A model generated the notes under the pieces. That model was not told the DNA's origin. It did no database searches and saw only the letters and a list, made by a program, of their open reading frames with translations. A stretch of 63,798 nucleotides of DNA, counting the filler, from Collodictyon triciliatum (Eukaryota), in assembly GCA_043381765.1 (NCBI GenBank). It is 15 parts of 15 records of this genome, joined end to end, with 100 filler letters (N's around TTAATTAATTAA, not from the genome) between each part and the next. Parts side by side here need not be neighbours in the genome. Positions count along the whole stretch, not along the records: positions 13,063 to 17,320 come from JBHJMP010006323.1; positions 17,421 to 21,672 come from JBHJMP010006324.1; positions 21,773 to 26,022 come from JBHJMP010006325.1; positions 26,123 to 30,372 come from JBHJMP010006326.1; positions 30,473 to 34,722 come from JBHJMP010006327.1; 10 more parts are not named here. The stretch is one strand, 5' to 3'. Below are positions 16,149-30,585 of the stretch, piece after piece. A program made the translations under genes and the position numbers. How positions within the stretch are numbered: position 1 is the stretch's first letter; each line of letters opens with the position of its first letter.

Positions 16149-16196
16149 TCCTGGGCGCAATAGGTATGTTTGAAATGGCCATGAAATAAAAGAAAG

Positions 16197-16233
<37 letters not shown>

Positions 16234-17233
16234 GACGGACTCATATATGCCTTTATCTTCGATTGTGTGTCTATTCTGTTGTTTTGTTGGCCTCCTTTTC
16301 CATGGTTGTAAATCAAAATAAAATATATACAATTTACGATAAGGAAGAAGGGAGAAGGAAGAGGGGAAAAGGAGGAAGGAAGAAGGAAGAAGGAAGAAGG
16401 AAGAAGGAAGAAGGAAGAAGGAAGAAGGAAGAAGGAAGAAGAGAAAGGGAAAAAATTAGAGAAGGCGGAAAGAAAAAAGGTAGGAAGGAAGAGAGAGAAA
16501 CAGTAAGAAGATGCCTTGGGCTGCCGGCTATTTGCGGTGCCGTTGTAGTCGTCGCAACTCCATTACCGACGAGTTAAGGCGAAAAAGAATCGGTTGACCA
16601 AGACCGCAGAAAATGGTCTATTCGTATTTTGAACTGTTTCGAACATTCGCACAGAAATATTTCTATGGGTAGAAAAGAAAATTGCCTAATCAGAATTTTA
16701 TATATTTATCTAAATATGGAATTTATATACACAGTCTTGCGTCGAAGGCAAAACAGTCAAATTTTTGCAGCCAAAAATCAAAAGGCGAGATAAATTGAAA
16801 AAAATTGCTCCCACTCAAGACAGGCAGGAAACAAAGTCGAGACGTGTCGGTTTCTCTGGGTATCAAGCTCTGCTATTAATCCTTCTGTTTGCCCTCAAAT
16901 GAAGTTTGGCATGAAACCCGGGTGATGGTTTGATTCAAAAATGTCAAAAAATTGCGTCCCGATGACAAAGTCCTTTGATACTGATGGCAGGCTTAGAATG
17001 TATATGTGACGAAACTGAATAAAACCTTTTGAAGTGGTGAGCAGAACAGGGTCATAGGTAGTTTTTATAATCATTTCAAGTATGCTCTTGACTCAAGATA
17101 TGGACGTTTCGATGGCGGAACAACTAATATAACATGGTTATCAATTATCAATGAAGTTTGCGAAACCCATTATTTAAGAAAAAAAAGTCACAAAAGACAA
17201 ATAGTTCGCCATAAAGAAAAAGAAAGAAGCAAG

Positions 17234-17266
<33 letters not shown>

Positions 17267-17467
17267 GACGACAAGCAGCACCTACAATTTTTTTAAATAA
17301 TTTTGGTAAAATCGGGGGGANNNNNNNNNNNNNNNNNNNNNNNNNNNNNNNNNNNNNNNNNNNNTTAATTAATTAANNNNNNNNNNNNNNNNNNNNNNNN
17401 NNNNNNNNNNNNNNNNNNNNTCCCAAGAAGGAAAGGCGTTTTCCTAAGTTTTTTTTTCCAAAAAAAA

Positions 17468-17505
<38 letters not shown>

Positions 17506-17618
17506 AGCTGCGGACATAAAGCCAGGCCAACCAGCCCAAAACGAGTTCTGCTTCTCTCGACTCAACTGCATAGCTCAGCAGCCGCCCTGGTTGAGGACGT
17601 GCTCTTTCATGAACCGGC

Positions 17619-20600
17619 TATGCTTCTTCCTCGATCTACGAAACCCAGCAACCAGGTCTCTGAGGCTTCTTGCAAGAGACGACCCCACCAAGCGTATGCG
17701 ATTACTGCAATTTTTATTTATCCCGACAAAAGTGACCCTCCATATCTTCTTCTTTCATATCATATGAGCGCGACTTATTTCGTTTTTAGGGCTTCCTTAT
17801 TCCCTCTCTTCAGAATATAACAACCTATTAGCCAATAATCATCCCACGGTGTTGTTTTCTTTTATTTTTATCATGGTTTTTATGGTTTTTTATGGTTTTT
17901 TATGGTTTTTTTTATCATGGTTTTTTATGGTTTTTTTTTCATTATAGTTCGGTTTGCTTCTGTCCGGTTTTATTCCATCCCACAGGAGGTCAAGAATCGC
18001 AGGAATCGGCGGAAGGCATTGCAGGTTGGCACAAAGCAAAGCATCTGCACCCCTAATAAACGATATTCTGACTCTTTCGTTTTACCTCAAAATCCCCTCT
18101 CTCATAATCAAAATCGCTCTGGAATCCAGCTGCATAAGCATACACGAACGCTTCCATGAATTATATACACCATCGCCATGTATAAATATTACTCAGTATT
18201 ACAATCTCCAAGTACCCCATTGAATTCATAATTCAGCGCCATTTTCTCAGTTTCCAATATGATATTTTCGCTTGAATAATAATGTATTGTCGTATCAGCA
18301 TCTTCCAGTCCATTTTCATAAATATGCTAGCTGCACTCGTCCTTTAAAAAAATGAATTTTACCGATCGGTCAACATAGATTGTAGATATATGTTATCTCT
18401 TTTTTTTTTTTTACTGTGTGTTCATCCATGAACTACGTCTACCATGCAATCTTATATTATGATACTTGTGTAAAATCGAAAAGAAAAAGTAGCATTCTAT
18501 CTGTTTTCTGTCTTACCTTATTGTCGTCCTAAATTGTTAAATTCACCAAAACTAAAAAGCGGTTGCCACCGAATTATAACAGGAGAATCCTTTTCCTTCA
18601 CCTTCTCCTCTTCCGCGTCTAACACTGCCACAAAAAAGAACTGTTGTTTTCACTGAGCTTACGCCAGATACAATTATCCGAAGCCCAACTGTAGATGAGA
18701 AAACATTTCGATATTCCACCCAAAGGGGCGACATAAATCGATCTCTTGAAATCCTTCGGGTTTGTGCTTCCTCTTTTTTTCCTCATGGTAAAGATACTAT
18801 GATGCTGCCCTTTCATCAATCTGTATGAATAGTTTTCGTATATGCTAAACATAACCATAAAAATTCCAAAACTTTACTTAATTTTGTGATGTAATCACAC
18901 CTGATCACACAACAGGCAAATACTGTTAACGGCATTGACGTGACTAATTTCGTTCCCTCGTTGGAGACTTTTCATTTGCTATTTCTGAAGCTGCGCGAAA
19001 AGCTGAGAGTCAAAGATATCACTGAGGTTGAGCATAGTCATGCCAATTTGCACGCGTTTTTTCGAATATGAAAAGCGTCTTTTTTCGTCGAGCCAGAATT
19101 TTTAATTATTTCAGAAATCAATCCAAGTAAAATATCAATTATTAGGCTATGTTTTTAATGAAAAAAGTTGGCGTAAAGCCCAACGCAGTCACTTATAATA
19201 TCCTCCTATCTGCTTATGTTGAGGTCAGTATTCATTTCACTCACATTCCGTAAGGTTTGTTAGAATATTGTTGGTTAAGCTACCTTCTGATTTCAGACGT
19301 CGCACATCTCTCACTGAATACAATCAACTTCGCTATATAGACAAAAGACTACGAAAATGCGCGAAAGATATATGACAAGATGATAGAGCTGCATATATCA
19401 CCCACAACAACAACTTTTGGGACTCTTCTTAAAGCATATCGTGAAGAAGGCAGTTTGCAAAAAATGTTCGGGGTGAGCAAGATATCTTTTCGAAGTACTA
19501 CGATGATGTGTACATCTATTAGAGCATGTACAACATAACTATTTGATTCCATTTTCACTAGATTGTTTTGATGACTTTTATCATTTTTACCTCTTTGATA
19601 ATAAGGTAATTGAAGAAATGCACAAGACGAAATCCACCCCTGATGCCCCGATTTTCAACATGCTCATAGATGCCTGTGGGCGATTAGGAAATCCTGAAAG
19701 AGTACCTGAAAGATGATTTTCTATCCAGCTGGTGTATATAATGTAAATTATGTAGATTGCGTGTGCAGAATCCAAGCTTTTTTTTTTCTTTTTGAATTTC
19801 TTTCTCACTTTTCAGTCAAGGTCCATACTTAATGCGATGACATCGTTGGGAAGCAAACCCAATATGAAAAGCTACACATCTCTCATACAGGCGTTTGCCA
19901 GAAATGGTCAGCCCGAAAAAGCTGAAGACATCCTCAGAGAAATGTGGGAGAAAGATGTAATGGCAATCTCGATTCATTTCACAATTCTCCAAAACATTCT
20001 CTAAGAAGTCGGACAAATCTTTTTCGTATTTCCCTTATGATATCACACTATCAGTCAATTTAAAAAGCATTTAATGCAATTGACTTCGAGTATTGAATAA
20101 TTTTAACCACAGGTTATACCGAATTCAAGGGCATACACACTTATCATCGACAGTTATGGGCGAAAAAAATTGCCGCAGGAGGCTTACCGACTCTTCAGAG
20201 TATGACTCTCGCAAGCCTCGACATGATAAGAATATGATTCTATGTACAATTCCGTAGTTTTTTTTATAACACCGTTATTGCCGTGGTATATACATTCTGC
20301 AAAAATAATTCAATAGTAAATTACCCTTTTTATTCTTTTCTTTTTCTTTTCTTTTTCTTTTTCTTTTTCTTTTTCTTTTTCTTTTTCTTTTTTTTGTTTT
20401 CTTTTTCTTTTTCTTTTTCTTTTTCTTTTTCTTTTTCTTTTTCTTTTTCTTTTTCTTTTTCTTTTTCTTTTTCTTTTTCTTTTTCTTTTTCCCTTTCATT
20501 TTCCTTTTATTGCTACTCCATTTTATTTTCTGTTAAAGAACCTGACTATGCGGTGTTGGCCGGTAAATGTAGGAATATCAACAAAGGTCCAAAATCCCGG

Positions 20601-21288
20601 CGGATGTGCAGCTCTATACCGCCCTGCTTTGTACGTTAGGAAACTCAAAGTATATTTCACGAGCTTTTAGTATCCTCTATGAGATGAAACAGGTTTGTAG
20701 ATTACATATTTAAACCCGGCAAAAAAAAAAAACTCAATATCACCAAGTTCGTGAATGCGAGGAGTAAAAATAATCTTATTAAAACTCATTGGATATATGG
20801 ATTGTGCCATATATTCAAGACCGATTCAGTATCTTAGACTCAACTGAAATAACCATGTCTCTATTTCGATTGCCCAGGCAAACGTCCAGCCAAACGGCAT
20901 CACATATGCGGTCTTGATCGAAATATTCAAGAAATCCCGGTCACCTGCCAAGGCTTATCGCTCGTATCTGTGCATGAAGAAGCTTGGCTTTGATGTTCCT
21001 GACAGAACACTCTCGACCCTCTTGGAGGTCTTCACCGAGTGCAACGATACGAACCGCGGACTCGAGATTATGGACGAGATGAAGCGAAGAGGCCTCCACA
21101 CAAGGTTAGTGATTCTTGCTATGCAGATATTCTCTGATAAGACCAAGATAAGGAAAAACGCTTGCCAGGATATAGATGATGTGATATTGCACACTCGACT
21201 CCTGGCTGCTCAAATTCATCACTTTTTTTGATCCAGCCTTTCAGCCAGTGCTCCAAGACTAGCGGAGTTGAAGAAGAAGCCTCTCTGA
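17619..21288 (+). CDS. Pentatricopeptide repeat (P-type PPR) protein, multi-exon; start uncertain
   Basis: 35-aa repeats across exons: VKPNAVTYNILLSAY, ISPTTTTFGTLLKAY, PDAPIFNMLIDACGRLG, KPNMKSYTSLIQAFARNGQPEKAEDILREM, PNSRAYTLIIDSYG, QPNGITYAVLIEIF, PDRTLSTLLEVF. Confidence 0.9.
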
Positions 21289-21346
21289 ATAAACACGCCA
21301 TGTGAATCTCAATTTTTGATACCCGACTTTTTCCTTTCTTTTCTTT

Positions 21347-21405
<59 letters not shown>

Positions 21406-21772
21406 CTTTCTTTTTTTCTTTCTTTTCTTTCTTTTCTTTCTTTTCTCTCTTTTCTTTCTTTTCTTTCTTTTCTTTTCCTTTTTCCTGACACGATATCTTA
21501 GTGAGAGAGGCTTGTAATCGGTTTGCTTCATAATACGACGTGCATTCCTTTGTATTCATTTTTTATCCCCTGTTTTCCTGGATGAATTCCATTCAGACGG
21601 TTAATTCCGTTGGCTCTTGAAACCTCGTGTTCGTATCTTATTCATCGTGAAGGCGTGTGTCCTTAGACTATGNNNNNNNNNNNNNNNNNNNNNNNNNNNN
21701 NNNNNNNNNNNNNNNNTTAATTAATTAANNNNNNNNNNNNNNNNNNNNNNNNNNNNNNNNNNNNNNNNNNNN

Positions 21773-21990
21773 AAACAAATAAAAACAAATAAAAACAAAT
21801 AAAAACCAATAAAAACCAATAAAAACCAATAAAAACCAATAAAAACCAATTAAAACAAATAAAAACAAATAAAAACAAATAAAAACAAATAAAAACAAAT
21901 AAAAACAAATAAAAACAAATAAAAACAAATAAAAACAAATAAAAACAAATAAATAACCAATTAATAACCAATAAAACCAATAAAAACAAC
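21773..21990. repeat. (AAAAACAAAT/AAAAACCAAT)n 10-nt tandem repeat
   Basis: Directly visible at contig start. Confidence 0.9.
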
Positions 21991-22025
21991 AATAAAAAAT
22001 GGGGAGCGTCCCTGTCGGATTTTAC

Positions 22026-22770
22026 CTTGGAAAGACCTCCGAGTGAATCAAGCCTCGCTCCTTGATCATATCATCGAACGTGGAGACAAGATTGATGCGG
22101 ATTCTCTTCAGCCGCTGCGCCTCTGCAGACAAGTAAGGCCGCACCGCATAGGCGTGGGAAGCACTCAAGCCCATCCTGCTCGCTACGAGTTGACTGTCAC
22201 GAAGCTGCCGTTCAGAGACCCACACCCACCCAACAGTTTGCCCTCCAACTCACAGAGACACGCCTCTTTCGCCTTCGATTGCGCCTTCTCTGCGATGTTT
22301 TCTCCGGCTTTGGCGGGTTCGATGTCTTTGCGCCCGGCTCCTTGCTTGTTGCGGCGCCGTCTGAAATGGATGAATGAGCGAATCTGGCATTTTGTGGGGT
22401 TTTCTTGCGGTTTGCGCCTTCTTGCCTCTTTGGACGCGGCTGTCTTGAAAGCACTCGCAAGCGTCACAGGGGCGAATATCGAGCGAGTCGGGGTGATGGA
22501 AAAGCAGATGGCAGCGCTGCAAGTGCAGAGCGAAATCATGTCGGAAGCGCATGAGGCGGACATGAGATGCAAGGAGCAGCGGCTGGTTTCACAGTCCACA
22601 CACATACTCTCACTCACTCCATGCTAACCTCTCATTCCAGTCTTCTTTCTCCATATTTCCCAGCCTTCGAATTCGCACTCTCTTCACACACCGACGCAGA
22701 GGCGGTGATGTCCCACCGACGAAAATGATCCGAGAGAAGCCGAAAATCCCGTCGTTGCTCATGGCCATCT
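22026..22770 (-). CDS. Probable 5' exons of an uncharacterised gene; structure uncertain
   Basis: GC-rich segment; a GTGAGT...CAG intron joins RRKRRVS to LRDSQLVASRMGLSASHAYAVRPYLSAEAQRLKRIRINLVSTFDDMIKERGLIHSEVFP, followed by a GTAAAA donor and a T-rich intron. A plus-strand coiled-coil-like reading of 22400-22590 is also possible. Confidence 0.35.
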
Positions 22771-23176
22771 GAGCGCTTCTCACTCCGTTCGTCCGTATCA
22801 CACAGAAGCTATTTCAGGTGTTAATAAGTGTGCTCACTGTGTTTGGGAATTCATAAGAATAATACGGCAACATGAGATTGCAACGTTAGCAAGATGGTTA
22901 TTGAATGAGGGTTAATGAGGGTCAGGAAAAGCCCGATGCATGTCCTCAAATAAAGAAGTTTTTTTTAAAAAAAAGGGAGGGAATGTGTGTCTTGGCAAGA
23001 AAAGACTATTACATATTTATTGTTCCTATCGTAAATCCGCAAGATAACAACAATTGACAGAGAAAGCAGAATGAATGCGTCCACTAAAGCGAAATCATAC
23101 AGAATAAACAAACGGAAGAAAAAAAAAAGGTCGAATGAGGGGGAACGAACAATAAATAATAACAATTATGGGCAGG

Positions 23177-25754
23177 CTAGGATGAGCCTACGTAACCACC
23201 GGATGTGTGAGACCCAGGGCGTCGTAAGCCTGCAGAGACACTTGCTCTTCTTCCCAGATTGTTGGGCGCGGTGGGTCTAGAAGCAGATGGAACTTTGCCA
23301 CGAGGTGGAAGTCCGGTCGTTTTTTCTTTGGTTCGCGTAAAGACCTTCTCGGTTTTGACCTCGGCTTCACATGAACTCTTGTTCTCTTTTCGCATTCGTG
23401 TGAGCATGTTGATGATGTCTTCCATCCTCTGCGCATCTTCAGTGCGGCGGTCATCCATCTTGACCCATTTGCGCGACCCAGGATTCAGTAAGTGAGTTGT
23501 GTTTTTTTTTCGACGTACTCGAGTGATTTTTGTGTCTGCATGGCTTGATTCAACTTCAGAGGTTGAGTCATCACTAGAATCCTCGTCACTCTGTTATGCA
23601 CATACAGCCATAATATATTATCGGAATTAGAAAAAAGAAACATGCAAATTTATGAATATAGGAAATCGAAGCGATGTATGACAATAAGACACCAAAGGAT
23701 CGATTGCCTGAAAAAAAAAATTAATGAAAGCCATGGTGATTTTAACATTCTGCTTCAGCTCATGTCAAAAATGACAGCGAAACATTTCCCCGGAGATGGA
23801 AGGAATAAATGAGGATTTTGGATTGCATTACCATGGCAAAGGGGTAGAGGCATGAGCGTTCTAATATCTGGTGGTCTTCTGCTCCAATGTCGTCAATGGT
23901 CAGGCTAGGCTCGAACGGGGCCGCAATCAAGTCAATGTTTCTAAAAAGACTCTGGTGTACATGGTCATATCCCGCACTTTTCTCGACCTGGTGGTGATTC
24001 GCGCAGCAGCCGCCTCGATGAATAGAAGTTCCAAACCGGAGTGCTCGTCCCTGACAACAATCGTAGCTTAAAGCCACGTAATCAAGTGAAAAGAAACCTC
24101 TTAATCCGTGTGAGGCAGACGTCGAATATGGGGAATGAACGAGTGGGGCATGAGCTTGGGTAAAGAAACATAAGATACTATATCGCACATCTCCAGAATA
24201 CACATCTCAGAGATACTATACATCCCTATTCACCGTATGTAGTTGGACTTACTGTCCGACTTGGTCGCCCGGGATGAATGTTGGTTTCTCGGGGTGATAT
24301 GCACAGTGTTTGATCTTTGACGCCTCAAACTTATTCCCACATCTTGTGCAAAAGAGGGTATGAACCAAGCCCCATGTTTGCCAGAAGATCTGTTTCCACG
24401 ATAGCCCACGTTGTTTAAGGGAGCTGAAGTAGACAACCATTTCAAACCCAGGGTCGGCCTGGTGCCTTTGGTGAGGTAAAAATATTTTGTTTGAGAGAAA
24501 CAAAGAGAGAAAGGCATTCCTACATTTGTTTTAGAAATCGCTTTTGTATGCACACGGTGGTTGTGTTTGAGAATGATGGGGAGAAGTAAAGATAAGCAAA
24601 ATATTTGCCGCGAGAACCTTGCAATTACATTCCCGTGATAGTCCACATATATCTTTGCTTTTCTGCAAAGCATCCACTCTTTTTGAGATTCCGCATATAC
24701 ATATTGACATAACAAACACTTATTCAAGACGTTTTCAGGATTTTGAACCAAGGCCTCCAGTTTACAAATAAATAATTTGCTGAGAATTCTGTCCTTTTTA
24801 TCCTTGATTCTAAAAAAAAAATAGTAAATTCAATACTAAATCAGAAAAAGAGAGTTCTAAAGGGAAAAAAAAACATAGTCGAGCATCTAGTTTGGAGAAG
24901 ATAAGGAAATAATTATGAAAGTTGACTGGTTTAATTCTTCCAGCGTGAAAGCATCACTAAGTTTTTGGAGCAATGACTTCCCAACACAATTTAAATCCAA
25001 GGGAAGGCGAACAATCTGATTGAAGAATTTCTTGGAGTATTGGATGCATTCGTCAACGACTTCGGATATTTGGAGAAACTCGCAGGAAACCATGATAGAC
25101 ATTACACTCGTAATATCTAGAATAGAGCGGTGAAATATTGCTTAATCATGACTAAAGGAGATATAATACATCTAAAGACTATTAATAGAGTGAACCTACT
25201 TCACCAAAAACATATGTATGAAATCATCTTTAAATAACGAAACAAAAATATGCGATGGAAAAATCGATTCATAATATAGAATATATAAATCTAAAATCAT
25301 AGATAATTGCATATAAGGGGCGGCTACCGAGCCTCAGACGACGGTCAGATTTTTGGACATACTCCATTAGCCACTCAAATACTTCCAAGTCGCAGTGCAC
25401 CGATATGTCAACCTCGTCTGGGCGACCAGATTCAGATAATAGCGAGGTAAAATAAAGCATTCTGGATACAAGTAGATTTCGACTACAGAAAAAATCTTTT
25501 CTAGAACGACGCGGCTCGTCAATAACATGTATTGTGACCATGTAGTCTCTCTCGTTTGGGGCTTTCGCAGTATCGGTTTTCTCACGCGGGGTTGGTGATG
25601 GGGGAAATTCGGGCATTGAGTGGTTTGGTATTGCTGATTTTGACGATACAGCCATGTTTGTGGTATCACGCTTCGTTGCGAGGGTCGAGATACGACGCGT
25701 TTTAGGAGACAACATTCCTGTAGGCGAATGTGCCAGTTCATGTGCGTCTTGCAT
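23177..25754 (-). CDS. SANBR: SANBR/KIAA1841 (DUF3342) homologue
   Basis: VTIHVIDEPRRSRKDFFCSRNLLVSRMLYF, VDISVHCDLEVFEWLMEYV, SIMVSCEFLQISEVVDEC, CTRCGNKF...HCAYHP, YDCC, C-terminal DDRRTEDAQRMEDIINML; exons join in frame. Confidence 0.88.
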
Positions 25755-25966
25755 GCTTGAAACTGTAAGTACAAATAGAAACAAAGGGCCGTTATATTTG
25801 CAGTATCAGACTTGCAAGGTCAGTAGTATAGTTTATATAAAGCCAAATTTTATGGATGTGACGAGGGAGGGGCTGCATAATTTGATTTTTGGTGGCTTTA
25901 ATTATTATCAATGCGTTATCCTGCTGTCTGTTTTTTTTTGTTGTTTTTTTTTTTTTTTTTTTTTTT

Positions 25967-26022
<56 letters not shown>

Positions 26023-26253
26023 NNNNNNNNNNNNNNNNNNNNNNNNNNNNNNNNNNNNNNNNNNNNTTAATTAATTAANNNNNNNNNNNNNNNNNNNNNN
26101 NNNNNNNNNNNNNNNNNNNNNNCACAAACACAAACACAAACACAAACACAAACACAAACACAAACACAAACACAAACACAAACACAAACACAAACACAAA
26201 CACAAACACAAACACAAACAATTCATTGTAGCATATATTTTTTTTTTAGTTAG

Positions 26254-29200
26254 GTGATGTCACTGAAGGGAGCAAAGACAGAGTTAAAATTTGACGAAGG
26301 TGTCGTCATCAGGCAAAGCATTAATCGTGAGAACGAGTCCGTTGATACACCTAGAAAAGGTTACAGTTATATGCGGCCATTTAATATTTGTTTATACCAT
26401 AAATACCAGGAACGATGCACTTTATCGTGTATATATCATTAGTATGGTACGATAATATAAAAATGTCTATCCAACATACTCAATCACATCCATAACAGAG
26501 AGCGACGAAAAAGCTGGCCTGTGGTCTCGATTCCGGTCTTGGTTATGTATGTGTTTGAGTGCTTTATTTTGAATTCATTCAAATAACATGATTACATAGG
26601 CGAAAACAATGAATTTATTTCTTATGAGTTAAATGTTTTTTGTTTTTGTTTGTTGCATTCAAACATCTTTTGAAGCCACATCACCTTCCATCCAACCTGA
26701 AAAGACGAGCAGAACCGAACCTACCATTGCCAAGGAACATGAATTCAAAATATTGGTTTCGATTCGATTTTCCTGCAATTTATTTGATTACTACTGAATC
26801 AAAAACACTATTTCATGACGATGACATATTGATTGTATTTTAAAAAAAAAATTAAATCGAGATCAATTAATTTTATTACACAATCAAACAAGAAACTTAG
26901 CCGTACCAGATGCTATAAAGAGATTAGAAAAATAATTAAATATTGATATTCTGAAATAAGCATTTCATTAGATTCTTGGATACACAGGCGTGGGTAAAAG
27001 TGTGATAGTACAGCGGTTGATGGGGTTTAAGCCATCAAATACAATTCCTACAGTAGGGTGTGAAATATCAACTCGTCCAATACCTCGGGAATATTTACCA
27101 ATCTCATTCCACTCCGATGTTTGCATTCGATTCATCGAGGTAGCACACCAGGAGGTACGCTTCCAGGCCATTTGAAAAGATCCAAAACACCTGAAGACAC
27201 ACTAATTTTTTCACATTAACCAAACAATCAAAAACTAGATTAGAGGAAGGAATCTAAAAAGAATATTTAATGATATCGATGGAGTGGTAATTGCCTTCGA
27301 TATAACAGACAGAGCTAGCATGCAGGTACGCCCTTACAGTGATATTAAATAGTCCCATAGTGGTGTTTTCTTTCTCTTCTTTCAACCCAACACACGACCT
27401 ACGTAAATACATGGCTAGTTCATTTATTTTGTTGAATTTTGATCAGGCAGTGGACGAATGGAAAGGGTTTCTGAGTAATGTGTTATTTGAATCTATCCCC
27501 ATATTCCTTGTTGCCAATAAGTGCGACATGAAGAATAGAGGAATAACTTTTACATCCCTTGAAAACGTAAATTATTGACGATAATATACTCAAACATTCC
27601 ATATAAACAGAATTTTTTTTTTTGGGTTAAGAGTAAGGTCATGTTTTAAAATTCCACCCACATAAATAGTATGCAAACATTTGCAAATTCCATTCATGGT
27701 GGATGATATCAGCACTAAAAGGTCTATTTTTCTCATTCATATATATCCTGCATATTTTACTAAGTATCATCATAATATAGGAGTGCATGTTAACGAACTT
27801 GTGTATATGCTGTTACAGATGACACTTGCGTCTCACTTTAAAAAGTAAATCATCTTTGAACACAATAATAAAAAAAAACCATAAAAATGAAGGTAAACGC
27901 AAAGTAAATTTAATTCAAAGGTTTTGTTCTTTTACCTAATCAAATCCTTAATTTTTATTTTTCAAGAACTCGATCACCATCAAGCCCAAAAATCGAATTG
28001 AAAGGTATATTCTTTTCATCAATCCTATATTTAAAAAGTTTACTTGATTGCGTATTATGGAATCATGCAAACGTATTTCGTTTGCTTTTTCTTAAATTAT
28101 GGGTCGATGGTGGCTATAGGAGAGGATAAAATCCAGAAGGAGATATCAGCAAACGAACAAATCACTAATTTTGTCAGAAACTTCAATGAGCTTCATGTAT
28201 AGAAATGATAACTTCATTCCCTACAAAGAATAACTATGATATCTTCCGCTTTGAATCGAATAAAGATAAAAAACTATGATATCTTCCTACATGTCTATCT
28301 TTTTCATGTAAAACTGACGGCGTCGCTTATATTACATAGGCTTCTGCTCAACTTGCATATCAGGAACTACAAGTCACTTTTGATAAATATCTATCATCGC
28401 CGTTGTGCAAAAGACACACCGAAGTAACCACCATGAGAATTCGCGTATTATTTCACTTTCCTTAAAAATATATCTGTTTATATTGCAGTTTTATTCTTTT
28501 ATATCCATAAGTACTGAAATCTTCAAATTTATTACAATGAATTAAGTGAAGCGAATGTTTTGGATTACGCATCTAATGCTTATTCTCAAAACGTCCAATT
28601 CTGATTTTCTATTATTGAAGTGCTTATCAGAGGAAGCGACAATCTTTGAGAAACTAGCATTACTAAAGAAAAGAATGAGCGGAGACCCATTCATCCTATC
28701 AAAATTCCAGAGTGATTCTGTTTTACCTACAAACCCGGCCCTGGCAGACCTATATTCAGTAGACTCTTTTTCACCAAACAGCTACAAATCACAAAGCGCT
28801 GGATTGATTCCAGAGTCTTCTTCATCGCCATCTTCTATACACACAACTGATAGTACATTAGCAAAAAAATTATTCCCAGCGACTCGCAGCCTACCTTTTG
28901 TTCTTGGATTAATAACAGAATACGAAAAAATACACCACCAATTTCACGCCGACGCGGTTCAGTGGAGACAACTGAGAATTAGCTTGGAAACTGAGTTCAA
29001 AGTAACGGAAAAAGTGGAAAGCTATTCCCAGACCCCAAAGTTCCAAATGCACCATCTGTCACCTCCACAATCGCCGTCGATGTTGTCACATGCATCGAAA
29101 GAGAAGCGGCCAGAGTATCGAATATCTTCCAAGTCATACAATCGAGAGGGCATCAGCTGGATAACTCCCCCAATTGAAATCGCAAAGCGAAATGACCGGT

Positions 29201-29853
29201 ATCGAGAGTCACCAGAGGACGATTTACATTCGATTGGGGATTCATATGTTGATGTATCCCCATTTGTTGAAGAAACGGCAGCTTCATTTCATCCCACTAC
29301 AGAGTATTCTATAAGCACAGGACAGAAAGGCAGTTTGTTGCAATCAAGCTCTCTAAGTGAGACACAGAACCTCTTGGCCAGTGCAACATTCAATAGGTCG
29401 ACCATCAAAAGCAACTTCATGCAGCCACCTCAACCACAAACTCTCTCATATGTGTCTTTTTTTTCTTTTTCTCTTTTTCATGTTGGTTCTCTTTAATTGG
29501 TGAGCTTTTCACACATACTTTATGCAGCCGCTCATCCATTTCAACAAAGAAACATCTGGGGTTTGAATTCCGAAAAGCTGGGCGTGCTAATGTATTCATG
29601 CGATAATAACACATAATTAATACAAATATCTCCTTGTGGAATTCATTTCTTAACCCCTCTTATATATGAACGATTCATACCTGATAGTTGACATATGTAA
29701 TATTACGTTTGGATACAGGAAACAGAATCGATTTTGACATTCTTTTCCTATCTAGCGAGTGAGTTCACCAACAGCAGCAGAACACCATGCATTCTCTGAT
29801 ACAGCTTCTCCGCCAGCTGATTTCACTGACGATGCTGGGTTTACATCGGACTG
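26254..29853 (+). CDS. Atypical Rab-like small GTPase domain with long helical/Ser-rich C-terminal extension, multi-exon
   Basis: EFKILILGYTGVGKS (G1), PTVG (G2), IRFIEVAHQE (altered G3), GVVIAFDITDRAS, IPIFLVANKCD (G4), WMISALK (G5); further same-strand exons to ~29853. Joining of the tail exons is inferred. Confidence 0.75.
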
Positions 29854-30585
29854 AAATATACATTCTTAATAGGGATTATCATTTTATTATTGGACAATGA
29901 TATAAACAATCATTTTCGAAGCATTTTGTCCCATTCTGCTGAAATTTGTGGTCTTACATATGCATTTTCAATAAATAAATAAATGAAAAAACTAAAGACT
30001 ATACCATAACCGCTGACTATAGAAAATAACAAATAAAAATTCACAAAGTACTACAAATAATACCATCGAAAAACAACTAGCAGGCAATGATACAAACCAT
30101 ATTCTTTACCACATTTCGTAGGATATATTTCTGGCAAAAAAATTATGGTAAAATTTGGACTAATTTTTTTTATTATACTCGATTAAAGTTTGTATTTTTC
30201 TTTTTTTTTCTTTACTGAGACTGAGACTGGCGCCAAAGAAGACTTTTTTTTTTTAGATTGGGTACATTTTTTCATTTATTTACATTCACTTTACATTTAT
30301 GGAGAACGGGAAATATTTTTTTAAGTAATAGGATAAAAGGATCAAAAGACCGAAGCACGGGGCGAAATGCGANNNNNNNNNNNNNNNNNNNNNNNNNNNN
30401 NNNNNNNNNNNNNNNNTTAATTAATTAANNNNNNNNNNNNNNNNNNNNNNNNNNNNNNNNNNNNNNNNNNNNTCTTCTTCTTCTTCTTCTTCTTCTTCTT
30501 CTTCTTCTTCTTCTTCTTCTTCTTCTTCTTCTTCTTCTTCTTCTTCTTCTTCTTCCTCCTCCTCCTCCTCTTTCCCTCTGTGCAG

